NCBI GenBank assembly: GCA_951406725.2
Contig: OX597814.1
Coordinates: 41,044,001-41,108,000, forward strand
Length of the DNA: 64,000 nt
From: Octopus vulgaris
Taxonomy: Eukaryota
Direction of reading: 5' to 3'
Shown here: piece by piece, positions 12,291 to 25,969 of the stretch
Numbering within the stretch: position 1 is the stretch's first letter
Layout of the letters: each line of letters begins with the position of its first letter
The notes under the pieces: generated by a model
Seen by the model: only the letters and a program-made list of their open reading frames with translations
Databases searched by the model: none
Told to the model about the DNA's origin: nothing
Made by a program: the position numbers and the translations under genes

Positions 12291-14759
12291 CGTTTTACAA
12301 ATACACACACACACACATACACAATCGAAATTTAAAGCATAAAGCAAAATCAGAATAACAAGAAATGGCACAGAAGTCGGGAGGAGGTACAAAACGAATA
12401 TTTTGCTTTGACGGGTAGAGAAAAAATAATATAGGAAAATCGTGTCATGTGACATTAGCAATAGAAAGGAGAGTTCTCACGGACAGCAAGCGAATAGGCC
12501 GAAAGAAGCACGTATTTTGTAATATGGCTTAAAACTATCTGACCATACGTGGAGTGAGAGACTGGGAAGTTGGTTCTGGAAGAAAGGGGAGTAATTGAAA
12601 ATGGCAAGCGCGTTTCGTTGAGCTTGTGTGTGTTTTCGTGAGGGATGTATGTGTGAGGAAGTGAAGCTACCACGTTAGTAACAATGGTTACATTTAGTGG
12701 AGGGAGGTGAGCTGACGTGTAAATGTATATATATATATATATGCATGATAGGTTCGGTACTTAGTGATTGACACTATTAGTGAAGAGACATCGTACACGT
12801 TAAAATAATTCTCATTGCTCTGTTCATCCTTTATGCATTTCCCAAATATGCTTTACTTCCTACACCTTTAACTTAAGCAGATAACCTTGAAAATATCACC
12901 CGAATGAAAGGAAAATTGAGGTCACAAACTACTGCGCTTCGGAAAAACAAATGATACACTAAATAAAAAATTATTTTCACTACCAGATAGAAATTTTCGA
13001 AGAGATACCTCGTACAGGATTTCCTTTGTTTATTTTACCTGTATCATATTTGTATGTTAAATATTTACTTTGTATTTAATAGTGATACTATGCCACTCTT
13101 TATTAATGTAGGAGTTTTTGAAGATTTCACTTTCCAGCTAATTTTATGGACAAATATTTATGATGATTTTTCATCGATCATCATGAATTTTCTATAACTA
13201 ATGTTCTCTGCATAATCACTTGTAAGGGAAAAAGAAAAAAATTGTACTGCATATAATAATACTAGCTGAAACTAGTTTTTCGACGTAAAGGCGCAGTAGA
13301 CGTGAAACGTAATACTAAATTTGTAGTAATTTAAGGATGATAAAATTATTGCAAATTGTTTATGCAGTGGTAAAGATTTTACCTACGTGAGGGTTATAAA
13401 AATGTTATCACTCTAGAAATCACGTTCAGCATTCTATAAATCATGGTGGCTTCAATTCGCTGCCCTCCTCATATTTACTATGGATACAGATGGCTTAGGG
13501 AAATATGAAAATTGTTATTGGAAACTGAATGTAATAGGTTAAAATAAAGAATATTTAAACAGTATTAAGCAAAGGAAATTTACATTACACCTACGCACTG
13601 GCGCGCACTCATAGAATAAATATAGCATATGGGTCTGTGTGAGAGAGTGCTTGTGTGTGTGCGTGTGCTGGTTATGCGTGTGTAACTGTGTGTATCTGAA
13701 TTTACATATAAGTATATAAATACAACCAACACATGCAAACAAACAACACTCACACGCACACGCACACAGACACACACAGACACACACACGCATATACTCT
13801 TATACATTTTATGGCTGTCTCATCGTATATGTATGCATATGTATAGATATATTTACGATAAAAAATTGTAACATAGATTATACAAAATTTCACAGGGAAT
13901 AATTAACGACAGTTTTACTTTGATAGGATGATATCTGCTAAAATTCAGACACGTAATTATCAAAATAATATTTTGAATTATTCCTCTATTTAGTATCACA
14001 TACATGAATTAAATTGTTGTCGGTAAAAGCCAAGCCCTTTATGTTGATTAATTTACAATTTTCTTTCCTAACAGAATTAAATAAATGTTCTCTTTTGAAA
14101 TTTTAGTTTCACGTTTGAAACACGAATGTATACAATATGTAATTATTAGAAACCAGTTCACCTTTGATGTTTTACATCAAAACATGTTTACACGAGAGGC
14201 ATTTAGTACACGCAATTTTTTAAAAACTTTTACAGCATTATTTAGTGATATATATTCAGTTTTTTTATTTTTTATCTTTGGGTATTGTTCAGTTAAATTT
14301 GGCTGTTGAAATCATTACTTACAGAGGACCAGCAACATTTGATTTTCCTGAATTAGTAGTGTTAGACGAATTGCCATAGAGTAATTACTAATGTTCGACC
14401 TCCCTAATGTTGACTACTTAAATCTTGAGTGTATAAAAGTATTTCGTATCAGACAAATACTGATGTATAATTAGTCACCTATATTCTTCGCTCAAATATG
14501 CCCATGTTAATCAAAAATATTTATAGTGTGGTAAATTTAGAAGATAAAATCATACGTTTAACAGTGCACAAGATATTTTGTGACGTATTGTTACGTAAAT
14601 TTAACTATTGAAATATGATTCTCCCCATTCTCGATGTAATTGCCTCCGAAGCAAATGAATTTCTATTAAAACATTCGATATTATCGAAGTTATCTCGCCT
14701 CTATGTGTGAAAATATTTCCGGTATATACAGGCAGAAAGAAATTCGTATAGTTCATGTT

Positions 14760-14870
14760 CCAAGCACACAATAGGAGTTTTCATACCCAACACACAATAT
14801 TAGTTTATATGGTACGAATCACACAATATGAGTTGATATTATACCAAGCACACAATATAAGTTGACATAA
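14760..14870. repeat. Minisatellite, about 4 units of ~29 bp
   Basis: CACACAATAxxAGTT recurs four times at ~27-30 bp spacing. Confidence 0.8.
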
Positions 14871-15618
14871 ATCATAAGACAGTATTAAATGATTCTCTAA
14901 TTTTAAGCATATATAATAATAAGAACGTGTTGGAATCATATACATTGTTAGAAAATATATATGCTTGGCATGTTATTGTACTTTTCTTTATATCTAGATT
15001 TTATTGTGCAAGCAAGTATATGTACATATGTGTGTATAGGTATGTGCTTGTGTGTGTATGCACGAATGTATGTATGTATGTGTGTATTATGTATATATGT
15101 ATACGAGCGAATTGAAAATTGAACGTGCGCGTAACTTTCCACACATTTGTTAAGGGCTGCACATATAAATTTAAAACGTCTTCACTAAGCTTCATGCAAC
15201 TTAAAATTTCCTAGGCTCGCCGTAAGAACGTATTTTCTCAGTCATATAAAGAGAGCAGAGTTATGAAAGAGGGTTCTAGACGTTAGCTAGATTACGGTTT
15301 CTTGATTTGAGAGCAACATCACTTATTTTATTTATTAATCGTAACTAACCACGCACTCCTAAAAATTAATGATATATTTAAGTCGCTTAAGAACACCATC
15401 CGACCTGATTTGATCAACAGAGGTCTAACATCTAGATGTCATCGTCAGTTGTTTCATAATCCTTTATTTTTCTATAGACGCCTGGCGAAATTTATATTTT
15501 TTACGAGTGAAGAACCCTTTAATTTGCATGGAGAGGAGATATTAAACGCATATATGCTATCCTCGTCCTCTACTTTGGAGGCTTTCTTACTTAATACCTT
15601 AACTCCTTTGGATCCTGA

Positions 15619-15672
<54 letters not shown>

Positions 15673-15680
15673 ATGTGTCG

Positions 15681-15752
<72 letters not shown>

Positions 15753-15876
15753 AATCTTGAGGAGTTAGACTTCTTAAAACCAGAAAAAGGGAAGCAACTT
15801 CGGAGACTACAGATTTAATCCATCAATGGAAGTGTAAAATTCTTTAAAAGTTTCCAGAAACTTATCATTGGAATTT

Positions 15877-16385
15877 ATCAGTGGCTGTATGGTAAAACGC
15901 TTCCTACCCAACCACATGGCTCCAGGCTCAGTCCCACTGCATGACCGCTTGTGTAGATGACTTTAATGGTATAACGAAAGACAGGTTGCAGGCTCAAACT
16001 TCCGAGGTTTTTTTTTATAGGATTCAGAAAAACTGAAGTGCCGCAATGATAACTTTGTGGAATATGGTGTATAATAGAGGAGAATCTATTGAATAAAATC
16101 ATACTTAACTGATATTCCTGTTTTCTCTTGTACCCAAAGTCAAGAACTTTATAACACTCCCTCGTATTTTTGTGTGTGTGTGTCCGTTTGTTTGTTTATT
16201 TATTTGATTTAGTTTTTTTTATGTCAGTCCACTCCAGCGATTTAGAACAGTCGTTGTCTTGTTTACGTCCTGTTATCATAGCGTTTCGGCAAAGGATTGA
16301 GTGCCTGTTCGACTGAACCCTTCAAAGAAATGCCCCATAATGGATGCAGTCTAAAACATGAAGCACGTAAACGACAAAGGAGAAA
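15877..16385 (+). mobile_element. Degenerate tRNA-derived SINE (family B)
   Basis: GTGGCTGTATGGTAA...CAACCACATGGCTCCAGGCTCAGTCCCACTGC matches the head of the 47365 copy, and the decayed tail near 16330 matches its tail. Confidence 0.75.
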
Positions 16386-17854
16386 CGTAAGGCATGCATG
16401 GATTTTCTCTTTTAAATAAAATATTTATCCTGCAGTGTAATATTCTAATAAATATGAAAGGCTAGATTATTACATATCTGAAGAGAAATAGAGAAATTTT
16501 ATACCTTCCATCAGTATTTGCTGATGGTATTACTAACGTCAGAATCAACTAATTTGTTTGGGATATTTTTAGTTATCCTTCTTAAAAACTTGTGACATTA
16601 TATTAGTACGACATCTGGCTTCGTTAAATATATTGCATGTTGCCTTTCTCGTATATTATTTCATTCGTGTTTTGAATAAATTTTGAAAAAATAATTTCAT
16701 ACTTTGGCCTTCATTCTCCTCAAGTTTATGTTTTAGTAAAACATTATTGATGAAAAATATTCTACACCAGACTTTAAGATTATTTAGTGAATTGCTGCGA
16801 AATATACATCCAAAGCACATACGTATGTTCTAATGTTCCACAGGCACACACGGATGTAGATGAATCCGTACACGCAGATATATTCACAAAACGCTCACAT
16901 CATTCATAACATGTTCAGCTCATTCTGATAACAGGGATCACTAAGAATTCGCTTAGTGTAAATATAGGGCTTTGAATTCTGCGGGAAAAAAAAAACTGTA
17001 AATTAATCCCCGAAATCTATATACATTCATATGCGTAAATGTGTGTATCCATATGGGATTTTACTTTTTTTTTATAAATGAAGCATCAGAAGCATTCATA
17101 GTTTGTGTAGGCAAATATTGAATTGGGTTCAGGATGGTAACGTTTATCTAGAGCAGAAGACATAATTTTATCCAAGTGTCCTTGGTTTTATTTATTAACG
17201 AAGAGATACGTAAAATATGATAATTTATAAAATAAGTGAAATAATTTCTCTTAAGGGAAGCTAACTGTTACTGAAGTGCTAGCATAAGTTTCCTGGTTTT
17301 GCATGTAATGTAGATTTACTAATCGATTATATGTCGTACTCTGTTTCATATCATGAAGTACACCCACGATGTAGTTCCTGGAGGTGTATACTATTTGTTC
17401 TTGAATTGTTATTTAATTTCAAACTGCGTCTCATTTTTTTTTTACATATCAAATAACTTACAAAGTTACTAGACAACAACGATGCATGCCGTATATTTTG
17501 AAACTGGATATTTTAAAGACAACAAAGTATTACACATGCACGTATATCGAGAAACAGTGGTATTTATTCAATTCTCTTGAAATGATACGAGTATACATCA
17601 ATATACTGAATCGTTTTCCTTTACGTTTTTGACAGTGAATATCGTTTTATGAGGTAAATTTAAGACAATATTCTATATTCCAATATATCTCGACAATGAT
17701 GTAACATTAAATATTTCGTTGATTAGATCAGCCATTCAAGTAGTATGTCTCTGTCCATAAAACAGGAATTCATTGCAAGCTTCCTGTATTAGTTTCATCG
17801 CGATTCTATTAATACAAATATCAACTTCTTCCGCAGCAGTTCCAGATTGTTTTG

Positions 17855-17946
<92 letters not shown>

Positions 17947-17956
17947 ATTTATGTTT

Positions 17957-17992
<36 letters not shown>

Positions 17993-20339
17993 AAATATAT
18001 ACATTATGTACACACATGTAGAAGGTGGGAGAGTTCATAAACAGATGAAGAGTAAATTATGAACTATATATTTACTACATAAAAATATATTTTATTTACT
18101 GTTCAATGATGATACATTATCGCAATGTAGAATGCTAGTTGAATGAAGTAATCTATGTAAGAAAGTTCAGATAGAGAAAATGTAGTAATAACAGCTAAGT
18201 GGTGGTTTTCACTAATGTGGCGTAGAGAAATAGACGTACATATAAATGACGTGAATGTCTCTAAGTCTAATCGACTGAGAAGCAAAGAGCAGGGTTAGCA
18301 AGATGTTTTTTTATTATTATTAATGGAACTCAAGACGTTCTACAGACTTCCAAGAGAAACACTAAGCAATACTTAAGAATCCCGTCTCGGATGCTTCGAG
18401 AAACTTAGAAGGGGAAGTTATTCTATAATCTGTATTGCAAAGGAGATCATTCAACTATTTAGCTACCGCTACACACAGACTAGGCAGAGGTAACGGTATA
18501 CAATAATGAAAATAACAAAATGTATACATCATAATATGTTAAAAACCGATGAAAACAGAATGGAAAACTGCAATATTTCTGGTCCAAAGTGAAAATCAAC
18601 GTTCAACGTAAGTGTATGTGCATGCAATATAGAAGTAGGGAAAATTGTGCATCTCGGGAAACAAAAACCAAGGAAATGCTTACAGAAAAGAATTGATTCG
18701 ATTGAGCCCGAATAGCAGTGACGTTTTTTCGTGCGCAGAGTGCAGAAAATAGGAATAAGGGCATGATTGAGCTAGAGTGTGTGTACACACGAATGGCAGA
18801 AAGCGGCAGTGACATGCTGGCGCGTTGCGAGAGACAGACACATTTCCATTTATAAAGTGACCATCAAGTTGTCTAATATAGTTACGTTGCGTGTTACAAT
18901 GGTGCGGTGACCATGAGAAAGTAACCCAAAAGTTTGGTATATGTTTATAACAGGGTGAAGGCATGTAAACATGTATGCGATCGTTCAGATAATTTTTAAA
19001 ATATACAGAATATTTGTAAAAATATATGTACGTGAAGAGATGTCCTGAAAAATTAAAAAGTAAGTGATATACAAAACTAAGCAAATGCAAAGTAAAGTTA
19101 ACAAATACATGAAAGAGTAAGTAACAAAAATCCCTAACAAGGCGCAAGCGAAGACAAGTTCCAGTCTATGTGCAAGTGTTTAAGATAGTTCAAGTTATGC
19201 AAGTTGTTATAAAGTTCACAGAAATTGAATCCAATGATGTGAAAATACGGAAAGTTATGTATATACATGACATGTATATAGCGCATGCATACTGAAAGAA
19301 AAAACAATAGTGCAAGGCACTGTCAAAGTACATGCGGGAACATTTTTCTGTAAAAGTTTAGTACACTGAGAAATTAAGTTTGGCAGCTTTATATAAGAAG
19401 ATATTGACAATATGGCAATAGCTGTAATACTGTAAGTTCGCAATGACTTGCAGTGGCAAAAGTTGAACTGGTGCGAAGATGATAATGAAAAGCTGGACTT
19501 GCAGTGGTAAAAACGGTGTAAGACATACACTGAACAAAGCAGGATTTTGAAATGTGCTGGTTACTGTTCTTGTGACTGAAAAGGATGTTGAAATATTAAT
19601 AAATCTGGAATTTGAAACCTCGATGTGTAAAATGGCTGAAATATTGTTTCACGTTGAAATAAAGTTTCGTGGCGTTGTTGAAAGAGAAATAAAACAGACT
19701 GCTGGTATCGTGAAGGAAGAAATGCTGTTTATTCAAATTGTCGATGGCCGAGCGTTCGTCAAGTTAAAAAATGTCACGAAATGGAAGACAGGCAAATTGT
19801 GATCTCAAAAGGTAGCGATTGCGGATAGCAATAATAAAAGGGAAAATAGCAATCATGACAGTTTAAAATTAAGGTACAGAATCATCGAGAAATGTTGACT
19901 CAAGACGTATGTCAACGGTAAAAAAGATGCAAATTGCGAAAATTCGATCTAGAAATTTTAACTTCTTGCAATTTCTGAGGAACGAAGCTGAAGGAAAATA
20001 GTGAAGTATGTGGGATGAAAAATTTGTTGTACAGTTGAAAAGATTTTCAATTTCACTCATATATATATATGCGTGTGTGTGTGTGTGTGTGTTTGTATGT
20101 GTGTGTAAGCGCGTGCGTGTGTGTATGTGTACTTATACATATACATATATGGATGCGCGCGTGTGTGTGAGAGCGTGCGTGCGTGTGTGTGTGTGTGTGT
20201 ATGTCTCAGGAGGGTTAAATTAGACTCGTGTTACCTCATTTCTACATAAATTTCAACATAGTTATTTCGTCTTAATATTAGGAATTACGAAAACGCTATA
20301 TGGTGTTCGGTAAACTACTTCCACCGAAATGCAAGTGTG

Positions 20340-20900
20340 AACGATAGATACTCACTTGTAGTAGCATTACCATTTGAATCATCAACAATATATGATGTCC
20401 AAGGTTACATTATTCACAACGTCGTTTCATGTCTAGACAAAGGTATGACATCCCAGTTAGATTTTGTACAGTCACACAAAACCTTAATTAATTCAGGTAA
20501 AATTCTCTTACTCATCGTATTATTGTGCTCTTTCTTACTTCAGGAGGTAATGCAAAAAAAATCATTAACGCCAACAAGGTAGAGACAAGTATCTTGCGAT
20601 TTTAAATCCAGAAGCAAAATTTCTTCTAAGGAAATGAAACTGCACCTATTTTATCTACTAGCATTATAGAGTTGAAGCGATATCCTATTTTACTCATACG
20701 AAATTGGAGCAGTTTCATTGCTTTGAAATCGTTTTAGATGTTGCTGTTTGTTCATTGTAAGTTTGATCGTTAAAATTTTGCAGTTTTGTTTCCAACAATA
20801 AAGCAAGTGTATCTTCCTTTTCCCACCAAAATTTACTCATTGAAGCTGTCATCTTCTTTAACAATGTTTATTTCTTCAATAGAATAAGGCTTTGTTTTCC
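20340..20900 (-). mobile_element. Possible decayed DNA transposase fragment (Sola-like)
   Basis: Fragmentary minus-strand peptides in order: EKEDTL...KLQ, KIGA, FHFLRRK/ILLLDLKSQDTCLY, VLCD, C...RCE*CNL. These recall the PGxKD..KQKR..KIG..FxxLRP..CxCxxHxN..CD..C..C pattern. Recognised from memory of the motif only. Confidence 0.35.
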
Positions 20901-21924
20901 AAGCTTTCCAACTTGATTTGAATACATGTGTCCAAGCTGAATAACATAACCAAATCCATTTACCTCTAGTGTTTATTTTCAAATCTCCTCGACGCTAAAA
21001 CTTTTACATTCATTCTTTCCTCTTTATTCTAGACAAGATGTTCCTTTTTCTTTCACTTAAACAAACAAAATTTCTTCGATATGCTCACTATCCAGAAAAT
21101 CGTTATATTAAGCATCGGGTTTTGACAGTATAAATATTGAATACAAATTTTAATTTTATATTGAATTATGCCTCACAGACTCATAACTCAAACACTGGAT
21201 ACCAGTTCTTCTGAACAGCATCCAGATGGCCATTGCGGGTCCATATTAGATTTCGTCGTTAATCTTTATCTGCAATAATTTTTTTATACTTCTATAAAAC
21301 ATAAAATATTTTAACATATTTGTATACAAATCTTAATAATATTTAAATATGAAATATGGTAGGATTTTTCAAAACATCGATTGTATAAGGGGTGCAGCCG
21401 ATTTTATGATCCTTTGTACTTAGGCTAGATCATATATTCCAAAATATTTTGAGCAATCTAATACAGAAAATAGCTTAAACTTTTAGCAACACATCTGTAA
21501 ATGCTGTATTACAAATAATAAATAGAAAAACACAACCCACAAAAGAGATTTCAGCGAATTTATATACAGGAAGCAATATTATTTTTCAAAGTGACATCCT
21601 TATTCTAAAGTATAACGGTTAAAATATTCCATAAGAAAACATTTTAAAATTTACCTGTCATTATTCTATGGTATTTAAATGTCTAATCTCAGTAAAAGAA
21701 TGAAATTATTATACGTAAACTTAACACATTCTATGTATGTGTGTGTAAAATTTCAATATTTTTGGAATTGTGCATTGTCAATATCCAGTGGTTAGACACC
21801 ACTATATAAGAATTCTGAGGATATCGCTAGGTTACCTTTAGTATTCTGTGTATCGTTATAAAATATCGCCTAATACGTTTTTTTCTAATTTAGGGATTAT
21901 TAATATTATAACTTGCTAAAAAAA

Positions 21925-22255
21925 TAATTACATCCCATCTGTTCCATCTAGAGTGAGGACTGTATACTGGAATACTTTGAAATTCAGGAGCTTACAGATA
22001 TTTAACGCCCTACCAAATCATCTGATATATCTTGATGGAGTGGGGTTAGATGTTTCCAAGGATAACTTGACCTATCCAAGTTCTCAGATGAATTAATATC
22101 AAGGTAAGAGAATCAAAACAGGGCACCTGTGTCGTACTCCCTCTTTCAACAAAATCACAGAAAACTGGTCATTAAAAATGTGATTAACCTGGCGGTGTCC
22201 CAGCATGGTTATAGCCTTAAGCCTGAAACGTATAAATGAATAAAATATAAAAGAA
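21925..22255 (+). mobile_element. 3' end of an APE-type (CR1/L2-group-like) LINE
   Basis: Translates as SRVRTVYWNTLKFRSLQIFNALPNHLIYLDGVGLDVSKDNL (the LFNxLP...FKxxLD C-terminal motif). It is followed by the 3' tail GGCGGTGTCCCAGCATGG...CTGAAAC-A-rich. Confidence 0.7.
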
Positions 22256-22681
22256 TTTGTGAAAACTATTATCGGTAATCTTCTCCATTTCTTTCAATAT
22301 TATTTTCAATTACTTTTAATTTGCTTCGAATTATACATAGAACAATTACTGAAGATTTAAAGCTTTGGAGTTGAATCTTTTTAATCGAAATTTTAGCCTT
22401 TGCACAAACGAATGAATTAATTCCTGAATCTTAAACCTCGTTGCAAATACTTATATTTAAGGAAAGAAATATCAATGTAATATAACACACTATGCAGCCT
22501 TTCTCATAATATATACTTCATTTCTCATAATCTTCTCAACGGTATAATATTAGATTCTACGCTAAATATACATATACATAGGCACACATATTTATATATA
22601 CTTATTTAGTTCATCTTTTGGTAAATTAGCATTTCTTTCTACAAGTTAGGGCTAAGAAGTTTTAAATTTTAAAAATAATTA

Positions 22682-22733
<52 letters not shown>

Positions 22734-22738
<5 letters not shown>

Positions 22739-23440
22739 GAATGAGGTAAAAATCCAACGTTGTGAAAGATTTTAGAACATTTATAAATAGAATGTATTAC
22801 AGCTGTATCCGGGATATTTTATATATCCTTTCAAAAGAGACGGTGTGAAGAAATGGTTAAGCAATCGTTAATTTAGATAAGATATGAAATAGAGAGTGAA
22901 GTGGAGGAATGAAAATATATGTGAGATATGCTGGGATATTGCATCTGTAAATACATTATTTAGGCAGAATTGTATACATATAAGATTCTAATACATTATG
23001 AGTAAGTTCAAATAGTGTTTCAAATCGGTCAGTCCAACTATGGAGTTTTCGATTTGACCTTACAAATACATTCCCTACTTTTAGGTCACATTAAATAAAA
23101 CCATGGATTCAAAACCACTGTGTACAATCTCTACACTTGGAAAGACCAATTTTAAATACAATTGGAACTTACCAAAACGTTATTGGAAGCTTGTTATATG
23201 TATAAAATTATGCTTAAATAATGGATTTATAGATGCAATATCCCTGCATATCTCACATCTATTTTCATTCCACTACTTCACACTCTACTTCATATGTTAT
23301 CTAAATTATCTATTGCTAAACCATTTTATCACACCGTCTCCGATGAAGGGGTTTATACAATATCCCAGAAACAGCTGTAAGTCCTATTTATGAATGTTCT
23401 AAACTCTTTTACGGACTTGGATTATTATTTCGTTCTGAAA
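22734..23440. repeat. Inverted repeat of two ~310-bp PLE 3' ends, flanked by (TA)n on both sides
   Basis: 22734-23045 aligns to the reverse complement of ~23128-23440 (roughly 80% identity by eye). Example: GTGAGATATGCTGGGATATTGCATCT versus AGATGCAATATCCCTGCATATCTCAC. Confidence 0.9.
23336..23383 (+). ncRNA. Minimal type I hammerhead-ribozyme-like motif (degenerate, U4C)
   Basis: GTCT-CCGATGA-A-GGGGTTT..ATATCCC-A-GAAAC-AGCT-GTA-AGTC. The CUGAUGA core has one change, stem II is present, GAAA is intact, helix III is the palindrome ACAGCTGT, and the cleavage triplet is GUA. Confidence 0.6.
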
Positions 23441-23442
23441 AC

Positions 23443-23479
<37 letters not shown>

Positions 23480-23506
23480 TATATATATATATATATATTA
23501 TATTAT

Positions 23507-23614
23507 ATTATGCGAATAAGGAGTCCAATGTAGGTAATATATCAGGATGTGTGTATATATATATATATATACATGATGATATATAATCTACATTGGACTC
23601 CTTATTCGCATAAT
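23507..23614. repeat. 108-bp hairpin with perfect 27-bp arms
   Basis: ATTATGCGAATAAGGAGTCCAATGTAG (23507-23533) and its exact reverse complement (23588-23614). The inner part is also partly self-complementary around a (TA)n core. Confidence 0.92.
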
Positions 23615-23731
23615 AATCGAACCTGGTGCTTAACTTTGGTCTGTCCATAGCTATTACTCACCATTACCTGATACCTGTGGTTCTTATTGGCACCATTACC
23701 TCTCCTTACCCATATACACACACACATATAT

Positions 23732-23779
<48 letters not shown>

Positions 23780-23780
<1 letters not shown>

Positions 23781-23922
23781 GTATAAGGGGAAAATGGAGA
23801 GGTATGTAATAAAATATTTATCAATAATAAAATATGACATCTCTGACAGGTGTTTCGATTCAGAAACCATTAGATAATTAATTTCTAAAATTGAAATCAT
23901 TATAAGATGAATCTCTTGAGAC
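23780..23922 (-). mobile_element. Short (TA)n-embedded element with a decayed hammerhead-like motif
   Basis: Minus strand reads CATCTT-ATAATGA-...-AATC-GAAAC-ACCT-GTC-AGAGATG. The core has two mismatches to CTGATGA, and (TA)n flanks both sides. Confidence 0.4.
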
Positions 23923-24899
23923 ATATATATATATATGTATAAACATGGATGCCGACTATTTGAAACTGTGGCCACTTACTACAATAGAATATGTCTTCTA
24001 TCCTATCAATTAAAAATAATTTTTTTTATGAAGATTTACTGAACTATATCGGAATGTTGCTCCGATTAAACTGAAATATATTTTAAACTTTAACGAATAT
24101 GCTGATGCAATGGACTAATGATAATGCTGAACTTAAAATAAATTCTGCAATTACTGTAAATTCTTGCAATTTGCTGTGTCTATAACGTACTGGAATCAAA
24201 TGCACAGTCCCCAGAGAAGATTAACTAAAACATTTCAGAATCATCCAGTCACGTCCAACTCAGTACAAGGAGAACAACGATAAAACTTGAAGTAAACGTA
24301 AATTCAGACAACACCACTGAACATTTGAGGACTGTGACGCTCTCCATATACACCATTCAAAATATAATAAAAATTATATGTTGCTTAGAGCTCTAACAAC
24401 AGTAATGCTAATAAATTGTGGATTATGAATGAAGGTTTTGGCATATCGCTTGAGTGGAATGAAGCACATAGTATAGCAAACTATTTACTCAATGAATGTA
24501 GCTAGCCAATGCTTAAAATATGACGCAGAATTTTTAAGCAAACAAAGATACTGTTTACGTCTTGGATAATTCTTACTCAGTTCTGAGAAGAAGTGAAGTT
24601 CTGAGAGTGCACCTGGATTCAGAACAGGACATCTGAAATTTAAGTCTCACTCACAAACTTTCGTGTATCCTTTCACCAATTACACTTCCGCTCTTGACTT
24701 GATAAAATCATGAGAGACAGGGTAAAAAGAGTCCATCGAGTAATTACAATATCGTAATGATTGATGTCGCAAGCATAATCACGTCATTGTTTCAGAAAAT
24801 CCTTTTCAGCAACTCTGAAATTTGTCGAATTCACATTATTACGGGCGTCACAAAAAATAATAATACCATTTCCTTAAAAATTTATATCTATACAATAGT

Positions 24900-25160
24900 G
24901 AGATGAAGACTTGTTGCCCTACAGAAAAATAATGGTGTCTTTCATAGAGTTTTCATGTAGTTGCTGTAATTATTAATTAGATTTTAGAGATGACACTACT
25001 GCAGCCTACTACTCACATTCAAAATTAAAGCGCATTAACATATACTTTGATCAGTATATTTGGTTCGAAATATTATTCAAGTTTTCAAGAGCACTTAGAT
25101 CAAGACTTCTCGTCCACTTCGTAATAATTTTCATCTTCGGGTATGAAAAATATGGTCATT
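24900..25160 (-). mobile_element. Possible Tc1-like transposase remnant
   Basis: KWTRSLDLSALENL resembles WPxxSPDLNPIENL; very decayed. Confidence 0.3.
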
Positions 25161-25969
25161 GTTTCGACACTGGGATAAATGCAATATAATTCATCGTGAC
25201 GGCTGTAGAATTTTCAACAATTTGGGTTATGTATAACTAGTTTGTGTGTGTGTGTGTGCGTGAGCGTGTGTGTGCGTGCATTTCAGGCGAATATTCTTCG
25301 TACAGCAACAATAACTGACTTATCTTCACTATTTATTGCTCTTTTTCGCTAATGATGCAAAAATAACTCGAATTTTGGTGTTGTCGATGCTTTGTTACTT
25401 AATTTGTGGCCGCTGCTACTTCTTTCGATTTTGAGCTTGCTGGTGTGGCTGCTGATGCAGCTGCTGCTTCTGCTACAGTAGTGCATGATCATATAGTTAG
25501 CAGGGATGTCTATTGACAATGAGACTCCTCTAATCTCGAAAACATTCCTTAGGATTTTTCAAGGAAGTAGGTGAGTAATTTAGTGCAGGACGTTTCGATT
25601 CCAAACAATTTCCGCCTTTTAGTTGGTATTTAGACTAATGCCGCTAATGTAACAATTACCACATTAAAAAAAAAACTCTCTTAGTCCTCCAGAGTCTACA
25701 TATCTCTCTGGCGTGGTTCACGTATTTCACAATTTCATGTAATTTCATTTAGTATCGATTCTATTTTCGTAGGGAATAGCAATATCAAAGATTTCGCACT
25801 GTTTCATGTTCATCAACACTAATATATGGCCTTCTTGCTTCAATAGTATTGTCAGTCCTTATGAGTAAATCCCGCAAGGACCTGTATTTCTCATTTTCTT
25901 TGGAAGTCTGTGGATCATGATTGTAACAACTGCCAGTTATTCATTTATTTTATTATTAATATTAATGTT

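Noticed and set aside
14760-14870. Short ~29-bp periodic repeat as a possible CRISPR array
   Set aside because: The units are contiguous and degenerate with no unique spacers, the context is eukaryotic, and there are no cas genes.
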